From NCBI GenBank assembly GCA_005223085.1, contig NJBP01000003.1:2406-66405 (forward strand): a DNA stretch of 64,000 bases, given 5' to 3'. Positions 1 to 7,535 of this stretch are shown here, in pieces. The stretch is from Candidatus Aerophobetes bacterium Ae_b3b. Lineage in GTDB: Bacteria; Aerophobota; Aerophobia; Aerophobales; AE-B3A. A program made the position numbers and the translations under genes. How positions within the stretch are numbered: the first letter of the stretch is position 1; each line of letters opens with the position of its first letter. A model generated the notes under the pieces. The model worked only from the letters and a program-made list of their open reading frames with translations. It was not told the origin of the DNA and did not search any database.

Positions 1-1
1 C

Positions 2-1516
2 CTTAAAGTAGAAGTCACGCTGGATCGAGGGATAGTTAAAGAAGCTAGGACCTCGGGTACACTTTTCCGGGGGTTTGAAATAATTCTTAAGGGGAGGGAC
101 CCCAGAGATGCCTCTCAAATAACTCAAAGGGTCTGTGGGGTTTGCCCCATTGCTCATGCCACCGCCTCGGTTTTTGCCCTGGATCAGGCCTTTGGCCTCG
201 AGGACAAAATTCCTTCCAATGCCAGGATCATTCGCAATCTTATCCTGGGTTCCAATTTTCTTCAGTCTAATATTCTCCACTTTTATCATCTGGCTGCCCT
301 TGACTTTGTGGATCTTAATCGTTTGGCCAGATATCAAGGCGAAGATGCCAGGGTGAGGGCACTGAAGGAATTTCTCGCCGGTGGAAATTCTTCTCCTTTC
401 CTTCCCCGGTATGAGGGGGACTACCGCTTGGATGATAGAGTTAATGAAGAGCTTGCTTCTCACTATCTTCTTGCTCTGGAGGTGAGGCGAAAGACCCACG
501 AGATGCTGGCCATTTTTGGAGGGAAAATGCCCCATAATGTGGGTATGGTGGCAGGAGGGGTTACAGAGAAACCCACCGTAGATAAAATCAGCGCCTTCCT
601 GTGGAGGGTGAATGAAATTAGAGAGTTCATCGATAATGTCTATTTTAGCGATGTGATGAGGATAGCGGAGAAATATGGGGACTACCTGGAGATGGGAGCC
701 AGTGGGTATCGTTTTCTCTCCTATGGAGCTTTCAATCTGGATCGACACCCGATTGACCAGACTAAGCGAAGCCGCCTTTATCCACAGGGATTAGCTGATC
801 CTACTCTCAAGCTTACGGATCTGGAACCAGGGAGGATCACTGAGCAGGTGAAGAATAGCTGGTACGAAGATGAAATCACTAATCGACATCCATCCCGTGG
901 AGATACAGTTCCCAGTGAAAATAAATCCGGGGGCTATTCCTGGATAAAAGCTCCTCGTTACGATGGAGAGCCCTGTGAGGTGGGGCCGCTGGCTCGCCTG
1001 GTGGTAGGATACTCCTTGAGTCAACCTCCTGTGCGGGATTTAGTGGAAAAGAGTCTCTCGGGAATGAAGTTGAAATTTCCTAATCTTTTGTCCTGTCTGG
1101 GACGCCATCTGGCTAGGGCTCTGGATACCAAGCTGGTTGCTGACGCTATGGCTGAATGGGTTCTTCAGCTTAAGCCTGGGGAGCCAATATATGTCGCCTA
1201 CGAGCTTCCTGAAGAGGCTGAAGGTATGGGGTTAACCGAAGCACCCCGAGGATCCGTGGGGCACTGGATCAGGATAAAAAGAGGGGTTATTGACAATTAT
1301 CAACTGGTGGTGCCCACCACCTGGAATGCCTCACCCCGAGATGATTCCAATCAGCCCGGTCCTATAGAAAAGGCTCTTACAGGAATCAAGGTAAGAGATA
1401 GTCGAAATCCTCTGGAAGTTGTGCGAATTATCCGTAGTTTCGATCCCTGTCTAGCCTGTGCAGTACATTTTGTTACTCCCAAGGGGAGAGAATTAGAGTG
1501 GTTTAGAATAAGCTAA
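2..1516 (+). CDS. [NiFe]-hydrogenase large (catalytic) subunit, 5'-truncated by the window edge
   Basis: Frame 2 is open from nt 2; the ORF track only starts at internal Met 308. The N-terminal Ni-binding motif RVCGVCPIAH lies at nt 128-157. EAPRGSVGHW and VPTTWNASPRD are present. The C-terminal DPCLACAVH motif lies at nt 1442-1468 and is followed by a 15-aa tail of the type removed by the maturation protease. Confidence 0.9.
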   Translation, partial: LKVEVTLDRGIVKEARTSGTLFRGFEIILKGRDPRDASQITQRVCGVCPIAHATASVFALDQAFGLEDKIPSNARIIRNLILGSNFLQSNILHFYHLAALDFVDLNRLARYQGEDARVRALKEFLAGGNSSPFLPRYEGDYRLDDRVNEELASHYLLALEVRRKTHEMLAIFGGKMPHNVGMVAGGVTEKPTVDKISAFLWRVNEIREFIDNVYFSDVMRIAEKYGDYLEMGASGYRFLSYGAFNLDRHPIDQTKRSRLYPQGLADPTLKLTDLEPGRITEQVKNSWYEDEITNRHPSRGDTVPSENKSGGYSWIKAPRYDGEPCEVGPLARLVVGYSLSQPPVRDLVEKSLSGMKLKFPNLLSCLGRHLARALDTKLVADAMAEWVLQLKPGEPIYVAYELPEEAEGMGLTEAPRGSVGHWIRIKRGVIDNYQLVVPTTWNASPRDDSNQPGPIEKALTGIKVRDSRNPLEVVRIIRSFDPCLACAVHFVTPKGRELEWFRIS

Positions 1517-1628
1517 AGAAGGATGAAAAAGAAGGTTTTCTGAGAATGCTTTTTGAGAGTGGTTGGAAAGAGAATTTTGGGGAACGAAGCCTACAAAAGC
1601 GTAATTGTGGCAGAGAGGAGGCTCAATA

Positions 1629-2336
1629 ATGATTGTTTCAGAGAGAAAGAGCTGGGAAGAAATTCTCTCTTTCCTGGAAGAGGAAAAAAATATTTTTCTC
1701 CTTGTTTGTGGAGGCTGTTCAGAAGCCTGTAAGACAGGAGGTCCGGAGGGATTGAGGGAGGCCAAGGATAGGTTGAGAGAAGCGGGGAAAAAAGTAACCG
1801 CTGCGGTTATCATCGATTTTGTATGTAACAAGGTGCTCCTTGGTATGCGTCTTAACCGATACATCGATGAGCTTAAGTCCTCTGACTCCATTCTTGTCGT
1901 CTCCTGTGGTATCGGGGTTCAGGCAGTGGCTAATATGGTAGATATTCCTGTTCAACCGGCAGATAATACCATACATATGGGGGGATTCCCAGGAGTCTGG
2001 CCGGGTGAGGAAAGATGTCTTCAATGTGGGGATTGCCAGTTGGCTGATACCGGGGGAATTTGTCCTTATGCTGATTGTCCTAAATTTCTGGTTAACGGGG
2101 CCTGTGGAGGTTCTGATAAGGGAAAATGTGAGACTGATCCAGAAAAAGATTGTGTTTGGACTCTCATCTATGAGAGGCTTAAGAATATAGGGAAGCTAGA
2201 AAACTTAAGAAAAATTCGCCCACCCCGGGATTACAATCTTATGCTTGCTCCAGCCGAGAGGAAGAAATCTATGTTCTGGGCACTGGAAACTGTGGAAGAG
2301 AAGCCGAAAGAGGAAGTATCTGTTTCTTCTGAATGA
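1629..2336 (+). CDS. metV: MetV, the Cys-rich partner subunit of acetogen-type methylenetetrahydrofolate reductase (MTHFR C-terminal-domain family)
   Basis: Cys cluster CLQCGDCQLADTGGICPYADCPKFLVNGACGGSDKGKCETDPEKDCVW, plus an N-terminal CGGC region. The ATG at 1629 follows a GGAGG RBS; the TTG at 1605 in the ORF track is less likely. It sits directly upstream of metF. Confidence 0.8.
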   Translation: MIVSERKSWEEILSFLEEEKNIFLLVCGGCSEACKTGGPEGLREAKDRLREAGKKVTAAVIIDFVCNKVLLGMRLNRYIDELKSSDSILVVSCGIGVQAVANMVDIPVQPADNTIHMGGFPGVWPGEERCLQCGDCQLADTGGICPYADCPKFLVNGACGGSDKGKCETDPEKDCVWTLIYERLKNIGKLENLRKIRPPRDYNLMLAPAERKKSMFWALETVEEKPKEEVSVSSE

Positions 2337-2391
2337 GACCTTTGTAAGATTTGCCTGTTGAGGAACCTGAAGAAAGGAGATTATCTACCCC

Positions 2392-3267
2392 ATGAAGCTA
2401 AAAGATCTCTTTGAAAAGGGTAAGTTTGTAGTTACTTCAGAGATTGGACCTCCCAAAGGGACAAATATAGAACCCATGCTGGAGGAGGCGGATCTCCTAA
2501 AGGATAAAGCTGATGCTATCAATGTCACCGAGAATCAGAGTTCGGTGATGCGGCTGGGGTCTATGGCCGTTTGTCGTTTGTTAAAGGAAAGAGGATTTGA
2601 GCCAGTTTTTCAGATAACCTGTCGGGATAGAAACAGATTGGCTCTTCAATCTGATCTTATTTCTGCCTCTGTCCTGGGGATTGAGAATGTCCTTTGTCTC
2701 ACCGGGGATCACGTAGTGCTGGGAGATCATCCTCAGACAAAGTCGGTCTTTGATCTGGATTCTATTCACTTGCTTAAAGTAGCCAGGGGACTAGGTAATG
2801 GTTATGATATGGTGGGGAATAAGCTGGATGGCGTACCAGATCTTTGCCTGGGTGCCGTGGCCAATCCCGGAGCCGATCCCCTGGAACCTCAGATAATCAA
2901 GATGGAAGCTAAGGTGGAAGTCGGAGCAGAGTTTTTTCAGACCCAGGCAGTCTATGAGGTCAAAAAATTTGAAGATTTTATGAAGGCGGCTGGGCACATT
3001 AAGGTCCCCATAATGGTAGGGATAGTTCTATTGAAGTCAGCGGGAATGGCTCGATTTATGAATGCTAATGTGGCGGGAGTCTTCGTTCCCGATAAATTTA
3101 TCAAGATTATGGCAGAAGCTTCCAAGGAGGATCGGCCCAGAAAAAGCATTGAGATTGCTGCCTCTCTTATTAAAGAGATGAAGGGGATGTGCCAGGGAGT
3201 TCATATTATGTCCTTAGGCTGGGATAGATACGTTCCTTCGGTTCTAGAAGCGGCTGAGCTTATCTAA
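2392..3267 (+). CDS. metF: 5,10-methylenetetrahydrofolate reductase
   Basis: 291 aa. MTHFR-family hallmarks are present (VVTSEIGPPKG, INVTENQSS, CLTGDH). AAAGGAG RBS upstream. Confidence 0.85.
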   Translation: MKLKDLFEKGKFVVTSEIGPPKGTNIEPMLEEADLLKDKADAINVTENQSSVMRLGSMAVCRLLKERGFEPVFQITCRDRNRLALQSDLISASVLGIENVLCLTGDHVVLGDHPQTKSVFDLDSIHLLKVARGLGNGYDMVGNKLDGVPDLCLGAVANPGADPLEPQIIKMEAKVEVGAEFFQTQAVYEVKKFEDFMKAAGHIKVPIMVGIVLLKSAGMARFMNANVAGVFVPDKFIKIMAEASKEDRPRKSIEIAASLIKEMKGMCQGVHIMSLGWDRYVPSVLEAAELI

Positions 3268-3281
3268 AAGAATGCCAGGAA

Positions 3282-3359
3282 GTCCATCATTGTCTTGCCT
3301 GCGCTGTGTACACTCTGAATCCCAGGGTAAATAAACTAGGAGAATATCAAATTTTATGA
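3282..3359 (+). pseudogene. Relic 3' end of a second [NiFe]-hydrogenase large-subunit gene (..VHHCLACAVY plus a 15-codon tail)
   Basis: The in-frame translation EVHHCLACAVYTLNPRVNKLGEYQIL* aligns with the true C-terminus DPCLACAVHFVTPKGRELEWFRIS*. CLACAV is identical, and within those codons the nucleotide differences are third-position only. The tail length is the same (15 aa) with P, K/R, L, F/Y and I positions matching. Its TGA overlaps the protease ATG (ATGA at 3356-3359). There is no ORF upstream. Confidence 0.55.
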
Positions 3360-3838
3360 GCAACTACCCAGGTGTTCTCATCTTAGGGGTGGGGAATATG
3401 CTCCTGGGAGATGAAGGGATTGGTGTTCACGTAATTAGAGAGCTGGAGAAAAAAAAGCTTCCCGGCAACATCGAACTTATGGATGCCGGAACTGCTCTGT
3501 TTTCTATCTTGCATTTACTGAAAAAAAGGAAGAAGATAGTTGTTATCGACGCGGCAAGGGGAGGGAAGAAGCCGGGAACCATTTATCGAATTTTACCTTC
3601 TCAGGCTAAAAATGAGTATAATAAACTCCTCTCACTGCATGAGATGGGCCTGATGGAGTGTCTAGCCGAGGTGGAGAATGAAGCAAGACCCCGAGATATC
3701 GTAATTATCGGCATAGAGCCGGACTCAATAGATTGGGGACTTCGACTCTCTTCTAGACTCCAGAAAAAGCTACCAGAAATCGTCAAAGCAGTAATGTCTG
3801 AGATTAGCAAACACAAGATTACACAGATTACCAAATGA
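3356..3838 (+). CDS. Hydrogenase maturation endopeptidase (HyaD/HybD/HycI family)
   Basis: 160 aa. The N-terminal LILGVGNMLLGDEGIGVHV and the later IIGIEP are typical of Ni-hydrogenase C-terminal processing proteases. Confidence 0.85.
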   Translation: MSNYPGVLILGVGNMLLGDEGIGVHVIRELEKKKLPGNIELMDAGTALFSILHLLKKRKKIVVIDAARGGKKPGTIYRILPSQAKNEYNKLLSLHEMGLMECLAEVENEARPRDIVIIGIEPDSIDWGLRLSSRLQKKLPEIVKAVMSEISKHKITQITK

Positions 3839-3964
3839 CGGGAGAACGGTTATATTAGGAGCTCGTATCTTGAAGTATGGGGCAAATAGGGGTAAAAGAT
3901 GATGGCAACTGAACCAAATCCAGTAGAGGAGATTCTGGATAAGCCATAGAAAGGAGGAAGGAGA

Positions 3965-5350
3965 TTGAGCGATACCAGGGTTATAATTGTCGGTGCCGGT
4001 CCGGCCGGGTATGTAGCGGCCATTCGAGCAGCTCAATTGGGTGCCGAAGTTAGCTTGATAGAAGCAGCCCAGGTTGGAGGAACCTGCCTTAATCGGGGTT
4101 GCATTCCTACCAAATCCCTTTTAGCTTCCACGGAAACTCTTTCTCTTATTAGAGGCGCAAAAAAGCTGGGGATTGAAGTAGAGGGGATAAAGCCGGACTT
4201 TACCCGCATGATGGAACGAAAAAATGGGATTGTTTCCCAGCTCAGAAAAGGAGTTGAGTATCTTCTTAAAGCAAACAAGGTGAAATTAGTGAGAGGAAAG
4301 GCAAGCTTTCTTAACCTTCATAGAATCGAGGTTAAAACAAATGAAGGTAAAGAGAAAATCGAAGGCGACTCTACTATTATGGCTACCGGCTCTAAGCCTA
4401 TTCTGCTTCCCTTTATTGACTTCAATCATCCGGCTGTCCTCACCAGTGAGACCACCTTGGAACTTGCGCAAATTCCCCAGAGTCTCCTTATTGTAGGAGC
4501 GGGAGTAATTGGCTGTGAATTTGCTTCTATTTTCGGTCCTCTAGGGACCCAGATCACTATGGTAGAGATGATGGATAGGATTCTTCCCCAGGAAGATAAA
4601 AGAATTAGCCTGATGATGAAACAAATCCTCCAAAAAAGAGGAATAAACATCTTCACTGACACCAGACTAGAAGAGATAACTGATTATGAGAAAGATGGCC
4701 TTACTGCGAGATTGGATAATGGCGAGAGAATTTCCACAGAAAAAATGCTGGTTTGTGTGGGGAGGTCTCCCTACACCGAGGGTCTTGGTCTGGAAAATCT
4801 AGATTTGCGACTTGATCAAAAAGGAAATATCACAGTTAATGAAAGGATGCAGACAAGTGAGGGGAGGGTTTATGCCATTGGTGATGTGGTGGGAGGATAT
4901 CTTTTAGCTCACGTAGCCTTTGAGGAAGGGATTGTAGCGGCCGAGAACGCTCTGGGGCTTGATTCTAAAATTAATTACACCAGTATCCCAAACTGTATCT
5001 TTACTTCTCCTCAGATTGGTACAGTAGGACTTACTCTCGATAAGGCCAGGGAAGAAGGAATTGAAACTAAGATTGGCAGATTCCCTTTTTCCGCCTCCGG
5101 TAAAGCTCAGGCTCTGAGTGAGATAGATGGCTTTGTGCAACTGGTCGTGGAGGAAGAAGATGGTAGGATTCTCGGCGGGCAGATCATAGGGCCTCATGCA
5201 GCCGATCTCGTACATGAAATTTCTCTGGCCATTAGATGGGAATTAACAGTTGATGAGATAGGTAGTACCGTTCATGCTCATCCTACCCTTTCCGAGGCTA
5301 TAATGGAAGCAGCCAAAAAAGCCCAGGGGAAACCGATTCATTTAACCTAA
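3965..5350 (+). CDS. lpdA: Dihydrolipoyl dehydrogenase (pyridine nucleotide-disulfide oxidoreductase class I)
   Basis: GAGPAGY FAD-binding motif, redox disulfide GGTCLNRGCIPTK, second dinucleotide fold VGAGVIGCEF, and C-terminal HAHPTLSE. TTG start behind AAAGGAGGAAGGAG. No E1/E2 genes are adjacent. Confidence 0.9.
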   Translation: MSDTRVIIVGAGPAGYVAAIRAAQLGAEVSLIEAAQVGGTCLNRGCIPTKSLLASTETLSLIRGAKKLGIEVEGIKPDFTRMMERKNGIVSQLRKGVEYLLKANKVKLVRGKASFLNLHRIEVKTNEGKEKIEGDSTIMATGSKPILLPFIDFNHPAVLTSETTLELAQIPQSLLIVGAGVIGCEFASIFGPLGTQITMVEMMDRILPQEDKRISLMMKQILQKRGINIFTDTRLEEITDYEKDGLTARLDNGERISTEKMLVCVGRSPYTEGLGLENLDLRLDQKGNITVNERMQTSEGRVYAIGDVVGGYLLAHVAFEEGIVAAENALGLDSKINYTSIPNCIFTSPQIGTVGLTLDKAREEGIETKIGRFPFSASGKAQALSEIDGFVQLVVEEEDGRILGGQIIGPHAADLVHEISLAIRWELTVDEIGSTVHAHPTLSEAIMEAAKKAQGKPIHLT

Positions 5351-5371
5351 ATCCCTCTCAAGGCATATCTT

Positions 5372-6370
5372 ATGCTTATTCTGGGAATAGAGACGTCCTG
5401 TGATGAGACAGCCGCCGCCGTGGTGGAAAATGGAAAAAAGATACTCTCCAATGTGGTAGCCTCTCAGGTTGATCTACATCGAAAATTCTGGGGGATAGTC
5501 CCTGAAATAGCCTCAAGGAAGCATCTGGAACTTATCATTCCCATTATAAAAGAATCTCTAGGCGAAGCCCGCATAAAGCTGAAAGATCTAGATGCTGTTG
5601 CCGCTACCTATGGACCAGGCCTGTTGGGATCACTTCTGGTAGGGTTAATTGTGGCCAAGGGGCTAGCTTACGCACTTGAGCTACCCTTTATCGGCATCAA
5701 TCACCTGGAAGCTCACTTTTATGCTAATTTCCTTAGCTATCCGGAAATTGTCCTTCCTTTAGTAGGTTTGATTATATCTGGCGGTCATACTGAACTCATC
5801 TATTTATCAAAGGAAAGAGAATATGAGATATTGGGTACCACCAGAGATGATGCCGTGGGAGAAGCGTTTGATAAGGTAGCCAGGATCCTTGATTTAGGAT
5901 ACCCAGGAGGCCCTGTCATTGAAAAAATGGCTGAAAAAGGAAACCCTCAATCCATAAAGCTACCTTTGACTCATTTCAAAAACAATAGCTTGGACTTTAG
6001 CTTCAGCGGAATAAAGACAGCCGTGCTCTATTATGTTAAAGATCTAGAAAGGAAAAAAGCTCCTGTTTCCACTGCCGATATTGCCGCCAGCTTTCAGCTC
6101 AAGATAGCTCAAATGCTCAGCAAAAATCTCTTTAAGGTGGCCTGTCTAAAAAAAGTAAAACAAATTATTTTGGGAGGAGGAGTATCAGCCAATCTTTTCC
6201 TTCGCTCATTTCTGGAAAAAGAAAAGCCCGATCACATAAAGATTTTCTTTCCTCCCTTAGAACTCTGTACCGATAACGCCGCTATGGTGGCTGCCTGCGC
6301 CTATCCCAAAGTTAAGCAGGGCAAAAGTTCCCCCCTTTCTCTCGATGCTCAACCTAACTTAGGCTTTTGA
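5372..6370 (+). CDS. tsaD: tRNA N6-adenosine threonylcarbamoyltransferase (Kae1/TsaD)
   Basis: ILGIETSCDETAAAVV at the N-terminus, GINHLEAH, and GGGVSAN. 332 aa. Confidence 0.9.
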   Translation: MLILGIETSCDETAAAVVENGKKILSNVVASQVDLHRKFWGIVPEIASRKHLELIIPIIKESLGEARIKLKDLDAVAATYGPGLLGSLLVGLIVAKGLAYALELPFIGINHLEAHFYANFLSYPEIVLPLVGLIISGGHTELIYLSKEREYEILGTTRDDAVGEAFDKVARILDLGYPGGPVIEKMAEKGNPQSIKLPLTHFKNNSLDFSFSGIKTAVLYYVKDLERKKAPVSTADIAASFQLKIAQMLSKNLFKVACLKKVKQIILGGGVSANLFLRSFLEKEKPDHIKIFFPPLELCTDNAAMVAACAYPKVKQGKSSPLSLDAQPNLGF

Positions 6371-6600
6371 AATCTGCAAGAAATCCTTCCTTTTTTAATA
6401 ATCCTTCAATTCTTTCAATAAAAGTCTGGTCTTCGTTAAATCTCTTCTCGGCCTCTTCTTTAGAGAATTTAAATCTCTTATAATCAGCCTTTTGTCTACC
6501 CTCAATTTGTTATTTGTCAAAGGAATTTTTAATTTTGTATTGATTCCGAAGACTGTCCCACCTGCGGAAGATTTTTCCTTTTAAGAAGGAAATAATTTCC

Positions 6601-6618
6601 TGTGGATAATGTGGATAA
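6601..6618 (+). promoter_or_regulatory. Two abutting perfect DnaA boxes (TGTGGATAA x2, the complement of TTATCCACA)
   Basis: The sequence reads tgtggataatgtggataat. A third 8/9 box, TGTGGATAT, lies at 6732-6740 in the same orientation. All three are inside the 443-bp AT-rich tsaD-PHP gap. Confidence 0.45.
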
Positions 6619-6758
6619 TTCTGTTAATAACTATCTTATAAGGGATAGAGAGTTATTGGCTGTGTTGGGCTCATTAAAAGAAAGAGAGAGATTTTCTGTT
6701 TGGAAACTGACCAACCATAGCTTCTTCGGCCTGTGGATATTTTTTTGCCGAGGAAGAT

Positions 6759-6787
6759 TTTACAAAATCCTAAAAATATGCTATTAT
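6759..6787 (+). promoter_or_regulatory. Candidate sigma-70-type promoter for the PHP gene (TTTACA-17-TATTAT)
   Basis: Hexamers at 6759-6764 and 6782-6787 with a 17-nt spacer, about 27 nt upstream of the TTG start. The DnaA-like box at 6732-6740 lies just upstream of the -35. Confidence 0.4.
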
Positions 6788-6813
6788 ACTAATAAAAATA
6801 GGAGCAGACCGCA

Positions 6814-7467
6814 TTGATCGACTTACATACTCATAGTCTCCTAAGTGATGGGCAGCTTTGTCCGGCTGAGCTGGTGCAAAGAGCAAAGAAAAAGGGATAT
6901 AGGGCTTTGGCCATCACTGATCATGTTGATTCATCGAATTTAGACTTGATAGTTCCTCAGATAGTTAAGTTTTGCCGAGAGAATGCACATCTAAATAGTG
7001 ATATTAGAGTAATTCCTGGGGTGGAGTTAACCCATTTATTACCTCCCCTGATCAATAAACTCGCCAGGAAAGCGCGAGAAAAAGGAGCTAAGCTCATAAT
7101 AGTACATGGAGAAACCATAGTAGAACCAGTTCCAAACCACACCAATACAGCAGCGTTAGACGCGGATATCGATATTCTAGCCCATCCGGGCCTGATCTCT
7201 GAAGAGGAAGTCAAAATAGCTAAGGAAAGAGGAATTTATCTGGAGATATCCAGCCGAAAAGGGCATAGCTTGACCAACGGATGGCTGGCAAGGCTGGCCA
7301 CCAAGTGGGGAACAAAACTTATCTTGAACACTGATGCTCACCGAGTAGAGGATCTAATAACTGGAGAGACGGCAAGAAAAATCCTACAAGGGGCAGGACT
7401 ATCTTATAGAGAAATAGAGTCGGTGATGAGAAACTCCCAAGAGTTAGTCGAGAAGATGAACCTTTAG
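6814..7467 (+). CDS. PHP-domain metal-dependent phosphoesterase (histidinol-phosphatase-like)
   Basis: IDLHTHSLLSDG, ALAITDHVD, VHGE and NTDAH motifs. TTG start with an AGGAG RBS. Confidence 0.75.
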   Translation: MIDLHTHSLLSDGQLCPAELVQRAKKKGYRALAITDHVDSSNLDLIVPQIVKFCRENAHLNSDIRVIPGVELTHLLPPLINKLARKAREKGAKLIIVHGETIVEPVPNHTNTAALDADIDILAHPGLISEEEVKIAKERGIYLEISSRKGHSLTNGWLARLATKWGTKLILNTDAHRVEDLITGETARKILQGAGLSYREIESVMRNSQELVEKMNL

Positions 7468-7535
7468 AAATCAAATTCGCCGATTTCTGGGAGGATGGTG
7501 TTGTTAAATAATACGGAGTTTGAGGAAAAGAATAA

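Noticed and set aside
135-356. Many ORFs in the six-frame track lie antisense to, or out of frame within, strongly supported genes. Examples are 135-356, 791-1024, 1493-1891, 16177-16512, 36058-36450, 37548-37916 and 45416-45748.
   Set aside because: Each is fully contained in a longer ORF with clear family motifs. They have no RBS, and their composition is low-complexity or biased, as expected of shadow frames.
1442-1468. Possibility of a [NiFeSe] (selenocysteine) hydrogenase
   Set aside because: The C-terminal motif is encoded as DPCLACAVH with ordinary TGT Cys codons. There is no in-frame TGA.
6355-6515. About 50-codon minus-strand reading frame (..KRFKFSKEEAEKRFNEDQTFIERIEGLLKKEGFLADFKSLS*) overlapping the tsaD stop
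   Set aside because: It has no ATG/GTG/TTG start in frame after the upstream stop and no RBS. It may be a decayed gene remnant, but I cannot support it.
6602-6817. 71-aa ORF spanning the tsaD-PHP intergenic region
   Set aside because: It starts with GTG inside the DnaA boxes. It has no RBS and an odd composition (NNYLI.., FFCRGRFYKILKICYY). It also runs across the predicted PHP promoter. It is better explained as non-coding regulatory DNA.
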